Assembly (NCBI GenBank): GCA_943787795.1
Contig: CALSNU010000003.1
Location: 192,001-256,000 of the forward strand
DNA: 64,000 bases
Source of the DNA: an uncultured bacterium
GTDB lineage: Bacteria > Planctomycetota > UBA1135 > GCA-002686595
Direction: 5' to 3'
The notes beneath the pieces were generated by a model. The model ran no database searches. It worked only from the letters and a program-made list of their open reading frames with translations, and had not been told where the DNA came from. The position numbers and the translations under genes are program-made. Position 1 is the first letter of the stretch. Each line of letters begins with the position of its first letter. Positions 1-8,266 of this stretch are shown in pieces.

Positions 1-1692
1 GGTCGCCTCGCCGGAGGACTTGGTCGTCCCGCCCGTGAAGAAGAACTTCAGGGGGAAGATCCCGCGCGGCGTCTGGGCGTGCTTGCCCGCCACGCCCCGG
101 GACACCGTCGAGATGTGGACGCCGACCTCGTCCGCGATCTCCTGCATGCGGAGGGGCTTGAGCGCCTCCTTACCGCGCTCGAGGAAGCCCTTCTGGCGCT
201 GGAAGAGGGCGGTCGAGATCCGCTCCAGCGTCGACTGCCGCTGGGCGAGGGCGTCGATGAACCAGCTCGCCGCCTCGAGCTTCTTTCGGGCCCAGTCGCG
301 CTCCTCCGGGTCGCCCTCCTTGAGGAGCTTGCGGAAGGCCTGGGTCTGGTACATGGGGCTCATGCGCAGGCTCGGGGTCCGCTCGCGGTCCAGGCGGACC
401 TCGATGGTCCCGTCCTCCTCGTCGAGGTGCACCATCACCTCGGGGTGGATCACCTCGGCGGAGGCCTCTCCGAAGCCTGCTCCCGGTGAAGGGTCGAGCC
501 CTTGAAGGAGCTCGATGGCGGCCTTGACCTCCTCGATGTCGTGCCCCGTGGACCGCGCGATCTGCGGCAGTCGGTTCGCGCGCACGTCCTCAAGGTGGCG
601 CTCGATGAGCTGTCGCATGAGCGGGTTCCAGAGCCCCTTGCTCGGCAGCTGCAGGAGGAGGCACTCCCGCAGGTCCAGGGCGCCGAGTCCGGGGTGGACG
701 GCTTCCCGCAGTCGCTCGAGAGCGTCGCGGACCTCGTCCTCGGTGACGACCATGTCCCCATCATCGAGGGCGTCTTCGCCCCGGGCCTCCCCGCCCGTAT
801 CGATCGCGCTGGTATCGATCGCGCTGGCATCCTTCCCGCTGGCATGGCCGTCGGGCGATACGGCTGGGGTCTGGCTAGCCCCGTCCTCTTCTGAGGGCTC
901 GAGGGCGAGCGTGCTGGCCGTACCTTCCTCCGCTGCGTCTGCCCTCGCTGCGTCTGCCCTCGCTGGGTCTGCCCCCGCTGGGTCCGGGCCTTCGGGCTCA
1001 CCAAGGCGCGCGGCCACCTCGTCCGCTGCGTCGCTGGCCGGCCGGATCGGCTCCTCGAGAGTAGGCGGCTCTTCGGCAAAGACCGCGCTGGGCGCCCCGA
1101 CCTCCTCGAGGATCGCGTCCACCCCGGACGCTCCCAGAGCGCGTTGCACCTCGCGGGTGAGCTCGTGGGCGAGGGTGGCTGGCGTCTCGGTGAGGTAGCC
1201 GCGCTCATCGAGGGACCACACCACGTATTCGAGCACCGTCCGCTCGCGGTCGGTGAGCTCCAGGGCGCTGAGCTGATCCAGCACCTCAGCCGCCAGGGTG
1301 CGGGCGCTCTCCGGCGCGTTGAGCATGGCCTCGTACTTTCGGTCGCCCTCCTCGCCGCCCGCGGCTCTCGGCGGGCCTCCGTCCCCGAAGTCACGGTCCA
1401 TGCGCTCGAGGTAGTCGAGCATCGCGTCGGCGCCGTCGGACGCCGGTCCTGCGTCTGCGCGCTCCGCCCGAGCCTCCGCAGCTCCACCGTCCGCGGCGTC
1501 TGCCCCGTCGGCGCCGGCGACGTCCCGCTCCGGCTCGACCACCTCGAGGAACGGGTTCTCCGTCAGCTCCTGCTCGATGCGCTCCGACAGCTCCAGCAGC
1601 GGGAGCTGCAGGACCTGCATGGCCTGGATCATCTGCGGCGACTGAATCAGTCGCTGCTCCATCCGGGCGGATTGATTGAGGCCGAGCTTCAA
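1..1692 (-). CDS. rpoN: RNA polymerase sigma-54 factor (3' end runs off the window; contains a large acidic insertion)
   Basis: Translated by hand; not in the ORF track. TTG start at 1692, and no stop seen in this frame to position 1. Motifs: N-terminus MKLGLNQSARMEQRLIQSPQMIQAMQVLQLPLLELSERIEQELTENPFLE; core SLDERGYL and GLGALDLRECLLLQL; HTH LKPLRMQEIADEVGVHISTVSRGVAGKHAQTPRGIFPLKFFF. Confidence 0.95.
   Translation of the reverse strand, partial: MKLGLNQSARMEQRLIQSPQMIQAMQVLQLPLLELSERIEQELTENPFLEVVEPERDVAGADGADAADGGAAEARAERADAGPASDGADAMLDYLERMDRDFGDGGPPRAAGGEEGDRKYEAMLNAPESARTLAAEVLDQLSALELTDRERTVLEYVVWSLDERGYLTETPATLAHELTREVQRALGASGVDAILEEVGAPSAVFAEEPPTLEEPIRPASDAADEVAARLGEPEGPDPAGADPARADAARADAAEEGTASTLALEPSEEDGASQTPAVSPDGHASGKDASAIDTSAIDTGGEARGEDALDDGDMVVTEDEVRDALERLREAVHPGLGALDLRECLLLQLPSKGLWNPLMRQLIERHLEDVRANRLPQIARSTGHDIEEVKAAIELLQGLDPSPGAGFGEASAEVIHPEVMVHLDEEDGTIEVRLDRERTPSLRMSPMYQTQAFRKLLKEGDPEERDWARKKLEAASWFIDALAQRQSTLERISTALFQRQKGFLERGKEALKPLRMQEIADEVGVHISTVSRGVAGKHAQTPRGIFPLKFFFTGGTTKSSGEAT
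931..990. repeat. 15-bp tandem repeat (cgctgcgtctgccct, ~4 copies) inside the rpoN insertion
   Basis: Units at 931, 946, 961 and 976 encode GPDPA-GADPA-RADAA-RADAA on the minus strand. A second 15-bp duplication (gtatcgatcgcgctg) lies at about 797-828. Confidence 0.85.
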
Positions 1693-1762
1693 GGGATTCC
1701 TGCGGGGCGTCCCCGCCGTCCCAGCCTAACGACCCAGGAGGTCGCCTAGACCCCTGGACCTC

Positions 1763-3394
1763 TCAGCGATCGTCGCGCGACTGAAGACTCCATGAAGCGG
1801 ACACGCCGGGGTCGGGCTGCTCGACGCGATCCGCCACGAGATGAAGCGGGAAGGAGTGCCGGCTCCGAACGGGCAGCTCGAGCCGACCACTGCTCGGCGT
1901 GCCAGGCTCATAGAACTCAGGGGCATGGACTCTCTCGGAGGTCACGGACTGTCGATATCCACGGCCGACCAGCCTCCCGCCATGTAGAACGGCCTCGATC
2001 ACCGTGCCGGTCATCACGTGTTCGATCACAGGGCGGCACAGCGCCGCGTCCGTCGCGATCTGCGGTTCGTAGCCGACGACCATGGTCGTTTCCCTGGTAC
2101 GTCCGACGCGCACGAGGGCGCCCTCCACGGTGGGGATCGAGCTGGTGAAGTTGCCCCAGGCGAGCGAGACCTCGGCCGGGCCAGAGAGGGGGTCGAGGGC
2201 CTCGCTCAGGCGGCGCATCCGGCTCGCGCTCACCGGAGAGTCGGCCGGGGCGAACAGCAGGGCCTCGGTGGACCGGGGCGGCTTGGAGCCTCGGCTGGGA
2301 AACTGTCGAGCGTCGAGCTGGGCGAGCCCCGCGGGCGTCTCGCCCGGCCGGAGCACGGGGGGGCCGTCAGGGGCGAGAGCGTGGGCGGAGCGGTTCTGGG
2401 CCCGCCAGAGCCCGCGGGCCAGGTCAACGACGGCGCGGTTCGCGGCGCCCGGGCGGAGCGGGGAGGCGGCCACCTCGAGGGTGAGCCTGGCCGTGGCCTC
2501 GGTCGGTCCGCTTGCGGTGAGACGGAGCGGTCCGGAGCTCGGGACGAGGCCCGCGAACATGATCTGCGTGGACTCCAGCGCGGGCTGCTCCACCTTCCCG
2601 AGGGCGATGATCTCGGTGTCGAAGGTGTCGACGGAGGTGATCCTCGAGACGTCAAGGAATCCCTGGACGAAGAGCTGGCGCTCGCCACGCTCATCGATCC
2701 TGGTGGAGGCCCAGAGGTGGAGGACATCGCCCACCAGCGCCGTGCCGATCTCGGGGGCCCCGATGGCGGCCTCGGAGGCTACCTCGATCCGGTAGCCGTG
2801 CACAAAAGCGTGCTGCTCCCGCTGACCGAAGACCGCGACGCTGCCGCTTCGGACCTGGCGGCGTCCATTGATGAGGTCCGTCGCGACCCCGTCGGCGCCG
2901 GCGGCCATGAGCCGTACGTTGACGTCGAAGCGGAGCTGGGAGAGCGCCTCGTCGAGGGCCTCGAGCGCCCGGCGGGCTGCCGCCTGGGCTTCGGAGGAGC
3001 CTCGGACGAGCAGTGACCCGTCGAGCAGCTGCACCCGGGCCCCTGCGGCGGTCGCGGCGCCCACGGTGAGATCCTCGGCGAGGCGAGGGGGGAGCTCGGG
3101 GCCGAGGTCACGTGAGAAGGGCAGCTTCCTGTCTGGCTCAAACAAGTGCAGCCCGTCGAGGCTGGCTCCGGGCTGACGCGGACTCTCCTCGAGGGCCGGA
3201 AGAGGGACGATGATCCAGTCCGTCTCCTGGGCTTGAGGGGAGGGTGAGGCGCCGGGCAAAGTGCCTCCGCCGTGGGCCTCCATGGCCGGGAGTACGGTGG
3301 CTGTCTGGAGGGCGGCCCCCAGGCCCAGCGCGGCCCATCCGAGGGTTCGGCGGGGTCGGCTGAACCGGAGAGGAGAGGTGTTGCCTGGCTTCAT
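1763..3394 (-). CDS. Exported protein with two degenerate secretin (GspD/PilQ)-like modules
   Basis: Hydrophobic N-terminal segment; N3-like GSLLVRGSSEAQAAARRALEALDE..QLRFDVNVRL; internal duplication VHGYRIEVASEAAIGAPEIGTALVG..GKVEQP versus VVGYEPQIATDAALCRPVIEHVMTG..GRLELP. ATG 3394 chosen; the ORF extends to 3427. Confidence 0.55.
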   Translation of the reverse strand: MKPGNTSPLRFSRPRRTLGWAALGLGAALQTATVLPAMEAHGGGTLPGASPSPQAQETDWIIVPLPALEESPRQPGASLDGLHLFEPDRKLPFSRDLGPELPPRLAEDLTVGAATAAGARVQLLDGSLLVRGSSEAQAAARRALEALDEALSQLRFDVNVRLMAAGADGVATDLINGRRQVRSGSVAVFGQREQHAFVHGYRIEVASEAAIGAPEIGTALVGDVLHLWASTRIDERGERQLFVQGFLDVSRITSVDTFDTEIIALGKVEQPALESTQIMFAGLVPSSGPLRLTASGPTEATARLTLEVAASPLRPGAANRAVVDLARGLWRAQNRSAHALAPDGPPVLRPGETPAGLAQLDARQFPSRGSKPPRSTEALLFAPADSPVSASRMRRLSEALDPLSGPAEVSLAWGNFTSSIPTVEGALVRVGRTRETTMVVGYEPQIATDAALCRPVIEHVMTGTVIEAVLHGGRLVGRGYRQSVTSERVHAPEFYEPGTPSSGRLELPVRSRHSFPLHLVADRVEQPDPGVSASWSLQSRDDR

Positions 3395-3502
3395 GGGAGA
3401 ACTAGTGACGACGGGGCGCGGGGTCACGGGGTGAGCGGGAGGTGGACTCCAGCGCCATCCGGGGTGGCGCGTCGGGCTGCCCTTCGAGTATCACCTGCCG
3501 AC

Positions 3503-4321
3503 ATGAACGAGGCCACGCTCACCATTCAGTCCTCTGGAAACGCCCGCAGCGTCGCCCTCCGTCCCGGATTGACCCGGATCGGCGCTGAGGACGCGCGGGG
3601 GGTCCACGTGGGGGTCGCGGGGGCCGATGGAGAGCTCCACCTCTGGGACGACCCCCACAAGGTGGTGCGGGTGAGCGGGAATGCGCCGATCACCGTCGGC
3701 GGGCAGGTGGTGGAGGAGTTCGCGCTCGACCACGGGGCCCGCTTCGAGTGGTGCGGGGCTCATTTTGAGCTGGACCTCGGGAGCACGGTCCTCCAAGAGC
3801 TCAAGCAGGCCCCCGACCCCGCGCCTGCGCCCGGCAGCGCTCCAGGGGCTGGGGCCCAAGAGCCTGCCGTGGGCGAAGGGGGATCCCGCGGGCTGACGCC
3901 CAGCGAGGCCCAGGCCATCGATTGCATCGTGGCGGGCGTCCTCGTGGATGTGGGCCTCGCGGACAAGGCGGTGGTGAAGCGCTGGCAGGCCGCGGTGATC
4001 GCCCAGGAGTGGGACGCTTCCGCCGCCGCCAGGGCGATCCTCGCCAGCTCCCCCGGGGGGGCTGCGGATCCGAAGTTCTTGGCCCGCGCCGCCCGGCTCG
4101 AGCGGGACCTGCTGATGTCGTCCTATCAGCGGGGCGTCAAGGGGGCCTCTCGGAAGGTCCGGGGGGCGGCGAGGAATACCACCGCCTTCTTCGTGGCCAA
4201 CGTGATCGCGATCGGCGTCTACAGCGCGATCATCCTCGCTCTGCTGATCCTCGCGCGAGTAAGCTACGAGTGGGACCTGAACGGGATCATTGATCGGATG
4301 GTCGACGCGGTCACGCCCTGA
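3503..4321 (+). CDS. Membrane protein with a degenerate N-terminal FHA-like domain and C-terminal TM helix
   Basis: FHA-like pattern (VALRPGLTRIG...PITVGGQVVEEFALDHGARFEWCG), Pro/Ala linker, TM segment FFVANVIAIGVYSAIILALLILA. Confidence 0.65.
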   Translation: MNEATLTIQSSGNARSVALRPGLTRIGAEDARGVHVGVAGADGELHLWDDPHKVVRVSGNAPITVGGQVVEEFALDHGARFEWCGAHFELDLGSTVLQELKQAPDPAPAPGSAPGAGAQEPAVGEGGSRGLTPSEAQAIDCIVAGVLVDVGLADKAVVKRWQAAVIAQEWDASAAARAILASSPGGAADPKFLARAARLERDLLMSSYQRGVKGASRKVRGAARNTTAFFVANVIAIGVYSAIILALLILARVSYEWDLNGIIDRMVDAVTP

Positions 4322-4467
4322 GCCCCACGCCGCCCCCGATGACTCCGCAGCGGCCCAGCGACCGTCCTCCTGTTCGGGACGACCTTCACGTCCTGACGCC
4401 GCCAACCCCAATCCGCCGACCTTGATGTTGGACGTATCGCACGCCCCCCTCCGGATCCGTTGAAGCG

Positions 4468-5040
4468 ATGACCCAGAACGACGCCGACAAGAGCCTCTTC
4501 TCGCTCGCCCAGATCCAGCACCTGATGCGCGTTGAGTTCAATCGCGCTCAGCGGTATGGCTACGCGATCTCATGCCTGATGATCGCCGTGGATCGGCTGG
4601 GCCACCTCAGGGACATGTACGGCTACGACTCGAAGGAGGAGATTGTCGAGACGATGATCCGGCTCCTGAAGACGGAGACCCGCAGCTCTGACTTCCTCGG
4701 GCGCATGGCGGACGATCGCCTCCTCGCGGTCGTCCCGCACACGGACGCCGAGGGGATCGACACCATGTGCGAGAGGCTGCTCGAGGCCGCGCGCCAGCTC
4801 GAGTTCATCAGCGAGGGGCGGCAGATCCGCGTCACGCTCTCGGTGGGCGGCGCCCACGACTCTGGCGGAGCTGCCGAGCGCACGCTGTTCTTCGACGCGC
4901 TCCTCGAGGGCGCCGATGAGGGGCTCGAGGAGGCCGTGGCGGCGGGCGGAAACCGCGCTGGGTTTGTCCGACCGGATCGTGTCGGAGCGGGAGAGGTACA
5001 CCCCTTGGCGGCGATCGCCACGGAAGGCGCCTCAGAATGA
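4468..5040 (+). CDS. Stand-alone degenerate GGDEF-domain protein
   Basis: GGDEF-fold motifs (EFNRAQRYGYAISCLMIAVD, VTLSVG, AAGGNR). The signature reads ADDRL; the RxxD I-site (RSSD) is present. ATGA overlap with the next gene. Confidence 0.85.
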   Translation: MTQNDADKSLFSLAQIQHLMRVEFNRAQRYGYAISCLMIAVDRLGHLRDMYGYDSKEEIVETMIRLLKTETRSSDFLGRMADDRLLAVVPHTDAEGIDTMCERLLEAARQLEFISEGRQIRVTLSVGGAHDSGGAAERTLFFDALLEGADEGLEEAVAAGGNRAGFVRPDRVGAGEVHPLAAIATEGASE

Positions 5041-6413
5041 GGGTCCTCCTCGCCGAGGACGAGGTCACGATCTTCGTGACCCTGCGCGATGCGCTTGAGG
5101 ACGCGGGGCACGAGGTCATCGGCGCCACGGATACCGCCAGCGCGCTGAAGGCGCTCGAGCTCGAACCCGCGGCGGACGCCGTGGTGACGGACGTGCGCAT
5201 GCCGGGCGCCGGAGGGCTCGCCATCCTGGATCGGGCCATGGAGCTGGACCCGGAGCGCCCTGTCCTCCTGATGACGGGCTACGCCACGGTGGACGACGCG
5301 GTCGACGCCATGCGACGGGGCGCGGTCGACTACATCCAGAAGCCGTTCCGCAACGAGGCCGTCCTGCGGCGGCTGGATACCCTCTCGCGGGTCTCGGATC
5401 TCGAGGAGGAGAACCGAGCCCTGCGCGAGAAGCTCGCGGCGGCCGGGCCGACGGGGATCGACGGGATCATCGGCTCGTCGGAGGCGATGCAGGCGGTCTT
5501 CGAGCGAGTGCGGACCGTGGCGAGCACCGAGGCCACCGTGGAGATCGAGGGGGAGAGCGGGACGGGCAAGGAGCGGGTCGCCCGAGCGATCCACGACCTC
5601 AGCCCCCGCAGGGAAGGGCCCTTCATCGCCCTGGGCTGTGGCGCCCTGCCGCTGGATCTCCTCGAAGCCGAGCTCTTCGGTCACGAGAAGGGGGCGTTCA
5701 CAGACGCCAAGCAAGCGCGCCGAGGGCGCGTCGAGCTCGCAGACGGCGGGACGCTGTTCCTTGACGACATCGACGACATGCCCCTCCCGCTCCAGGTGAA
5801 GCTGCTGCGCGTGCTTCAGGAGCGCCAGTTCGAGCGGGTCGGAGGGGAGGAGACCCTCTCCTCGGACTTCCGCGTGGTGGTGGCGACGAAGGTGCCGCTT
5901 CGGAACCTCGTGCGCGAGGGCGGCTTCCGCGAGGACCTCTTCTATCGGGTCCACGTGGTGCCCGTGGCGCTGCCGCCCCTGCGCGAGCGCCGCGGCGATG
6001 TCCCCTTGCTGTTGCAGGCGATGATCGAGCGCCACGGCGCCGGTCGTTCCTACGAGGTCACACGGTCGACGCTCAAGATGCTCGAGCGCTATGCCTGGCC
6101 GGGCAACGTGCGTGAGCTTGAGAACTCGGTCCAGCGGGCGATCGCCCTCTCGGGAAGCGGCGCCCGGCTGGAGGCAGAGGACCTGCTCCCGCAGGACGGA
6201 CGCTGGCGCTCAACGGCCGAGGTCCAGGTGGAGGTCCGTCCGCTCCGCGTGGTGACGCGCGAGTGCGAGATCGAGCACATCAAGGTGGCGCTCGAGGCCA
6301 CGGGCGGGCACCGGTCCCAGACCGCCGAGCTGCTGGGCATCTCTCGCAAGGTCCTGTGGGAGAAGCTGCGCGACTTCGGGATCGACCCCGAGGAGTCCGG
6401 TGACGCGAGCTGA
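5037..6413 (+). CDS. NtrC/AtoC-family sigma-54-dependent response regulator (REC-AAA+-HTH)
   Basis: Receiver AEDE..TDVRMPG..KPF; Walker A GESGTGKE; ELFGHEKGAFTDA; FREDLFYR; WPGNVRELEN; Fis-type HTH. Confidence 0.95.
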   Translation: MRVLLAEDEVTIFVTLRDALEDAGHEVIGATDTASALKALELEPAADAVVTDVRMPGAGGLAILDRAMELDPERPVLLMTGYATVDDAVDAMRRGAVDYIQKPFRNEAVLRRLDTLSRVSDLEEENRALREKLAAAGPTGIDGIIGSSEAMQAVFERVRTVASTEATVEIEGESGTGKERVARAIHDLSPRREGPFIALGCGALPLDLLEAELFGHEKGAFTDAKQARRGRVELADGGTLFLDDIDDMPLPLQVKLLRVLQERQFERVGGEETLSSDFRVVVATKVPLRNLVREGGFREDLFYRVHVVPVALPPLRERRGDVPLLLQAMIERHGAGRSYEVTRSTLKMLERYAWPGNVRELENSVQRAIALSGSGARLEAEDLLPQDGRWRSTAEVQVEVRPLRVVTRECEIEHIKVALEATGGHRSQTAELLGISRKVLWEKLRDFGIDPEESGDAS

Positions 6414-6426
6414 GGGACATGGGGCC

Positions 6427-7221
6427 ATGTCGGAGCGGCTGCCCGCCGGCGCCTGCCCGACCACCCGCGTGGGCCTCCCCGAGGGCACCCTGGTCATCAC
6501 CGACCTGCACCTCGCCCCGCTGGGTGACGAGCGTACGCGCCGGTTCGTTCAGCTCTGTGATCAGCTGGAGGGCGTCCCCGCCCTCATCTGCCTGGGCGAC
6601 CTGTTCGATATGTGGGTCTGTCGGCGGCAGGCCAGCATGGAGGGCTCGACCCCCGTGCTGGATGCCTTCGAGCGGCTCGTCAGGAGGGGGACCGAGGTCC
6701 ACCTCGTCCCCGGCAATCGCGACGCCCTGATCGGGGCCTGGTTCGAGAAGCGCACCGGCGGCAGGCTCCATCGGGACGGCTTCGTCGGGGAGTTGGAGGG
6801 CGGCGCGCGCGCCGTCTTCGTCCACGGGGACGCGCTCTGCACCCGCGACATGAGCTACCTCCGCCTCCGCTCCCTCTGGAGGTTCTGGCCCGTGCGCCTG
6901 ATCTCGTGGATGGCCCCCATGTGGTTCGCCCGCCGGGTCGGATCCCGCCTGCGCGGGCTCTCGGAGTCCACCAAGCCGATCAAGCTCGCCGACGAGAAGG
7001 CGATCCAGCCGGACGCTGTGCGCCGCGTGGCCCGGGAGGTGGGGGCGAGCGCCCTCGCCTGCGGGCACGCCCACGATGTGCGCGACGAGTCCCTGGGTGA
7101 GGGGGGCGACCCCCTGAGATGGATCGTCGTGGGGGCCTGGGAGTGGGAGCTGGACCTGCTCCGGATCGGAAAGGCGGGGAGCCTGGAGCTGGACTCGTGG
7201 GCTACCATCGGCGCCCGATGA
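6427..7221 (+). CDS. lpxH: UDP-2,3-diacylglucosamine diphosphatase (LpxH)-like metallophosphoesterase
   Basis: Calcineurin-like motifs TDLH, LGDLFD, PGNRD, VHGD..CTRD, CGHAH. Alternative GTG start at 6400. Confidence 0.75.
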   Translation: MSERLPAGACPTTRVGLPEGTLVITDLHLAPLGDERTRRFVQLCDQLEGVPALICLGDLFDMWVCRRQASMEGSTPVLDAFERLVRRGTEVHLVPGNRDALIGAWFEKRTGGRLHRDGFVGELEGGARAVFVHGDALCTRDMSYLRLRSLWRFWPVRLISWMAPMWFARRVGSRLRGLSESTKPIKLADEKAIQPDAVRRVAREVGASALACGHAHDVRDESLGEGGDPLRWIVVGAWEWELDLLRIGKAGSLELDSWATIGAR

Positions 7222-7267
7222 CGCTCGACCCACGACCCGACCTCCGCCTCTCCATGGGGACCCGCTG

Positions 7268-7930
7268 ATGATCATCGCCATCGATGGCCCCGCGGCCTCC
7301 GGCAAGAGCACGCTCGCCCGCGCCCTCGCAGCGCGGCTGGGGCTCACCTTCCTGGACACCGGCGCCATGTATCGCGCCGTGACCTTGGCTGCCCTCGACC
7401 GGGGCCTCGCGCCCTCGGATGGGGCGGCATGTACCGCCCTGGCCCGAGCGCTGCCCCTCGGGTTCGACCCCCAGGGACAGGTGCTGATCGAGGGGGAGGT
7501 CGGGGAGCCGGCCATCCGCGGCGCCGAGGTGACCGCCCACGTGTCCGAGGTTGCGGCCCACAGCGGCGTCCGGCGGGCGCTGGTCGGGACCCAGCGGGCG
7601 GTGGCCGCGGCGGCGGTGGCCGCAGGCGGGGGCGTGGTGGCTGAGGGCCGGGATACGACCTCGGTGGTCTTTCCAGCCGCCGAGCTGAAGGTCTTCCTGC
7701 TGGCCAGCCCCGCCGTACGGGCCATGCGGCGAGCCGAGGAGGAGGGGCGCCCCGAGCTGGCGGAGGCCTACGAGGCGGATCTCGCTCGCCGGGACGCCCA
7801 CGACAGCCAGAGGGCGGACTCGCCGCTGCTTGAGGTGGAGGACGCCGTCCGCGTGGACACGGATGCGCTCTCGGCGGAGGCCGTGCTGGACCATGTGGCC
7901 GGGCTGGCCGGGGCCAAGCGGTCTGGCTGA
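7268..7930 (+). CDS. cmk: Cytidylate kinase
   Basis: IAIDGPAASGKST, LDTGAMYRA, EGRD, RRD..DSQR..SPL; lies upstream of rpsA. Confidence 0.95.
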   Translation: MIIAIDGPAASGKSTLARALAARLGLTFLDTGAMYRAVTLAALDRGLAPSDGAACTALARALPLGFDPQGQVLIEGEVGEPAIRGAEVTAHVSEVAAHSGVRRALVGTQRAVAAAAVAAGGGVVAEGRDTTSVVFPAAELKVFLLASPAVRAMRRAEEEGRPELAEAYEADLARRDAHDSQRADSPLLEVEDAVRVDTDALSAEAVLDHVAGLAGAKRSG

Positions 7931-8266
7931 GTCGGTCTCGTCCAGGCGCGCCCCTGGGGGCGGGCCTCTTGGGCGGGCTCTTGGGCCTGCTCTGGAGCCT
8001 TCTCCGGGCCCTCACTCGGGCGCTCAGAGCGGCAGCGGGCACGCCTGACGGCGGGAAACCCCCGTTTCAGGGGTCGATTCGGGCGGTCCGAGCGCGTACA
8101 ACTTCCGGCTCGAACCGTGCGTAAAGCCCGCTTCGACAGCGCGGCAGGAGCGTTCCCCGCCGGCTGATTCCCAAGGACCAGGCCTCGGCGCCATCATCCC
8201 TCCCCGCGGGTCCCACCGACCACGCAGGGCCGCGCCCGAGACCGTAAGACACAACACGTTTCATCC

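Noticed and set aside
20..1749. ORF-track entries 450..1487(-), 20..505(+), 1144..1749(+) and neighbours
   Set aside because: Shadow frames of rpoN, which occupies a minus-strand frame from 1692 to the window edge.
7931..8266. Structured RNA or riboswitch in the rpsA leader; hairpin at about 8044-8071
   Set aside because: Hairpins are plausible but match no family I can recognise; a covariance-model search is needed.
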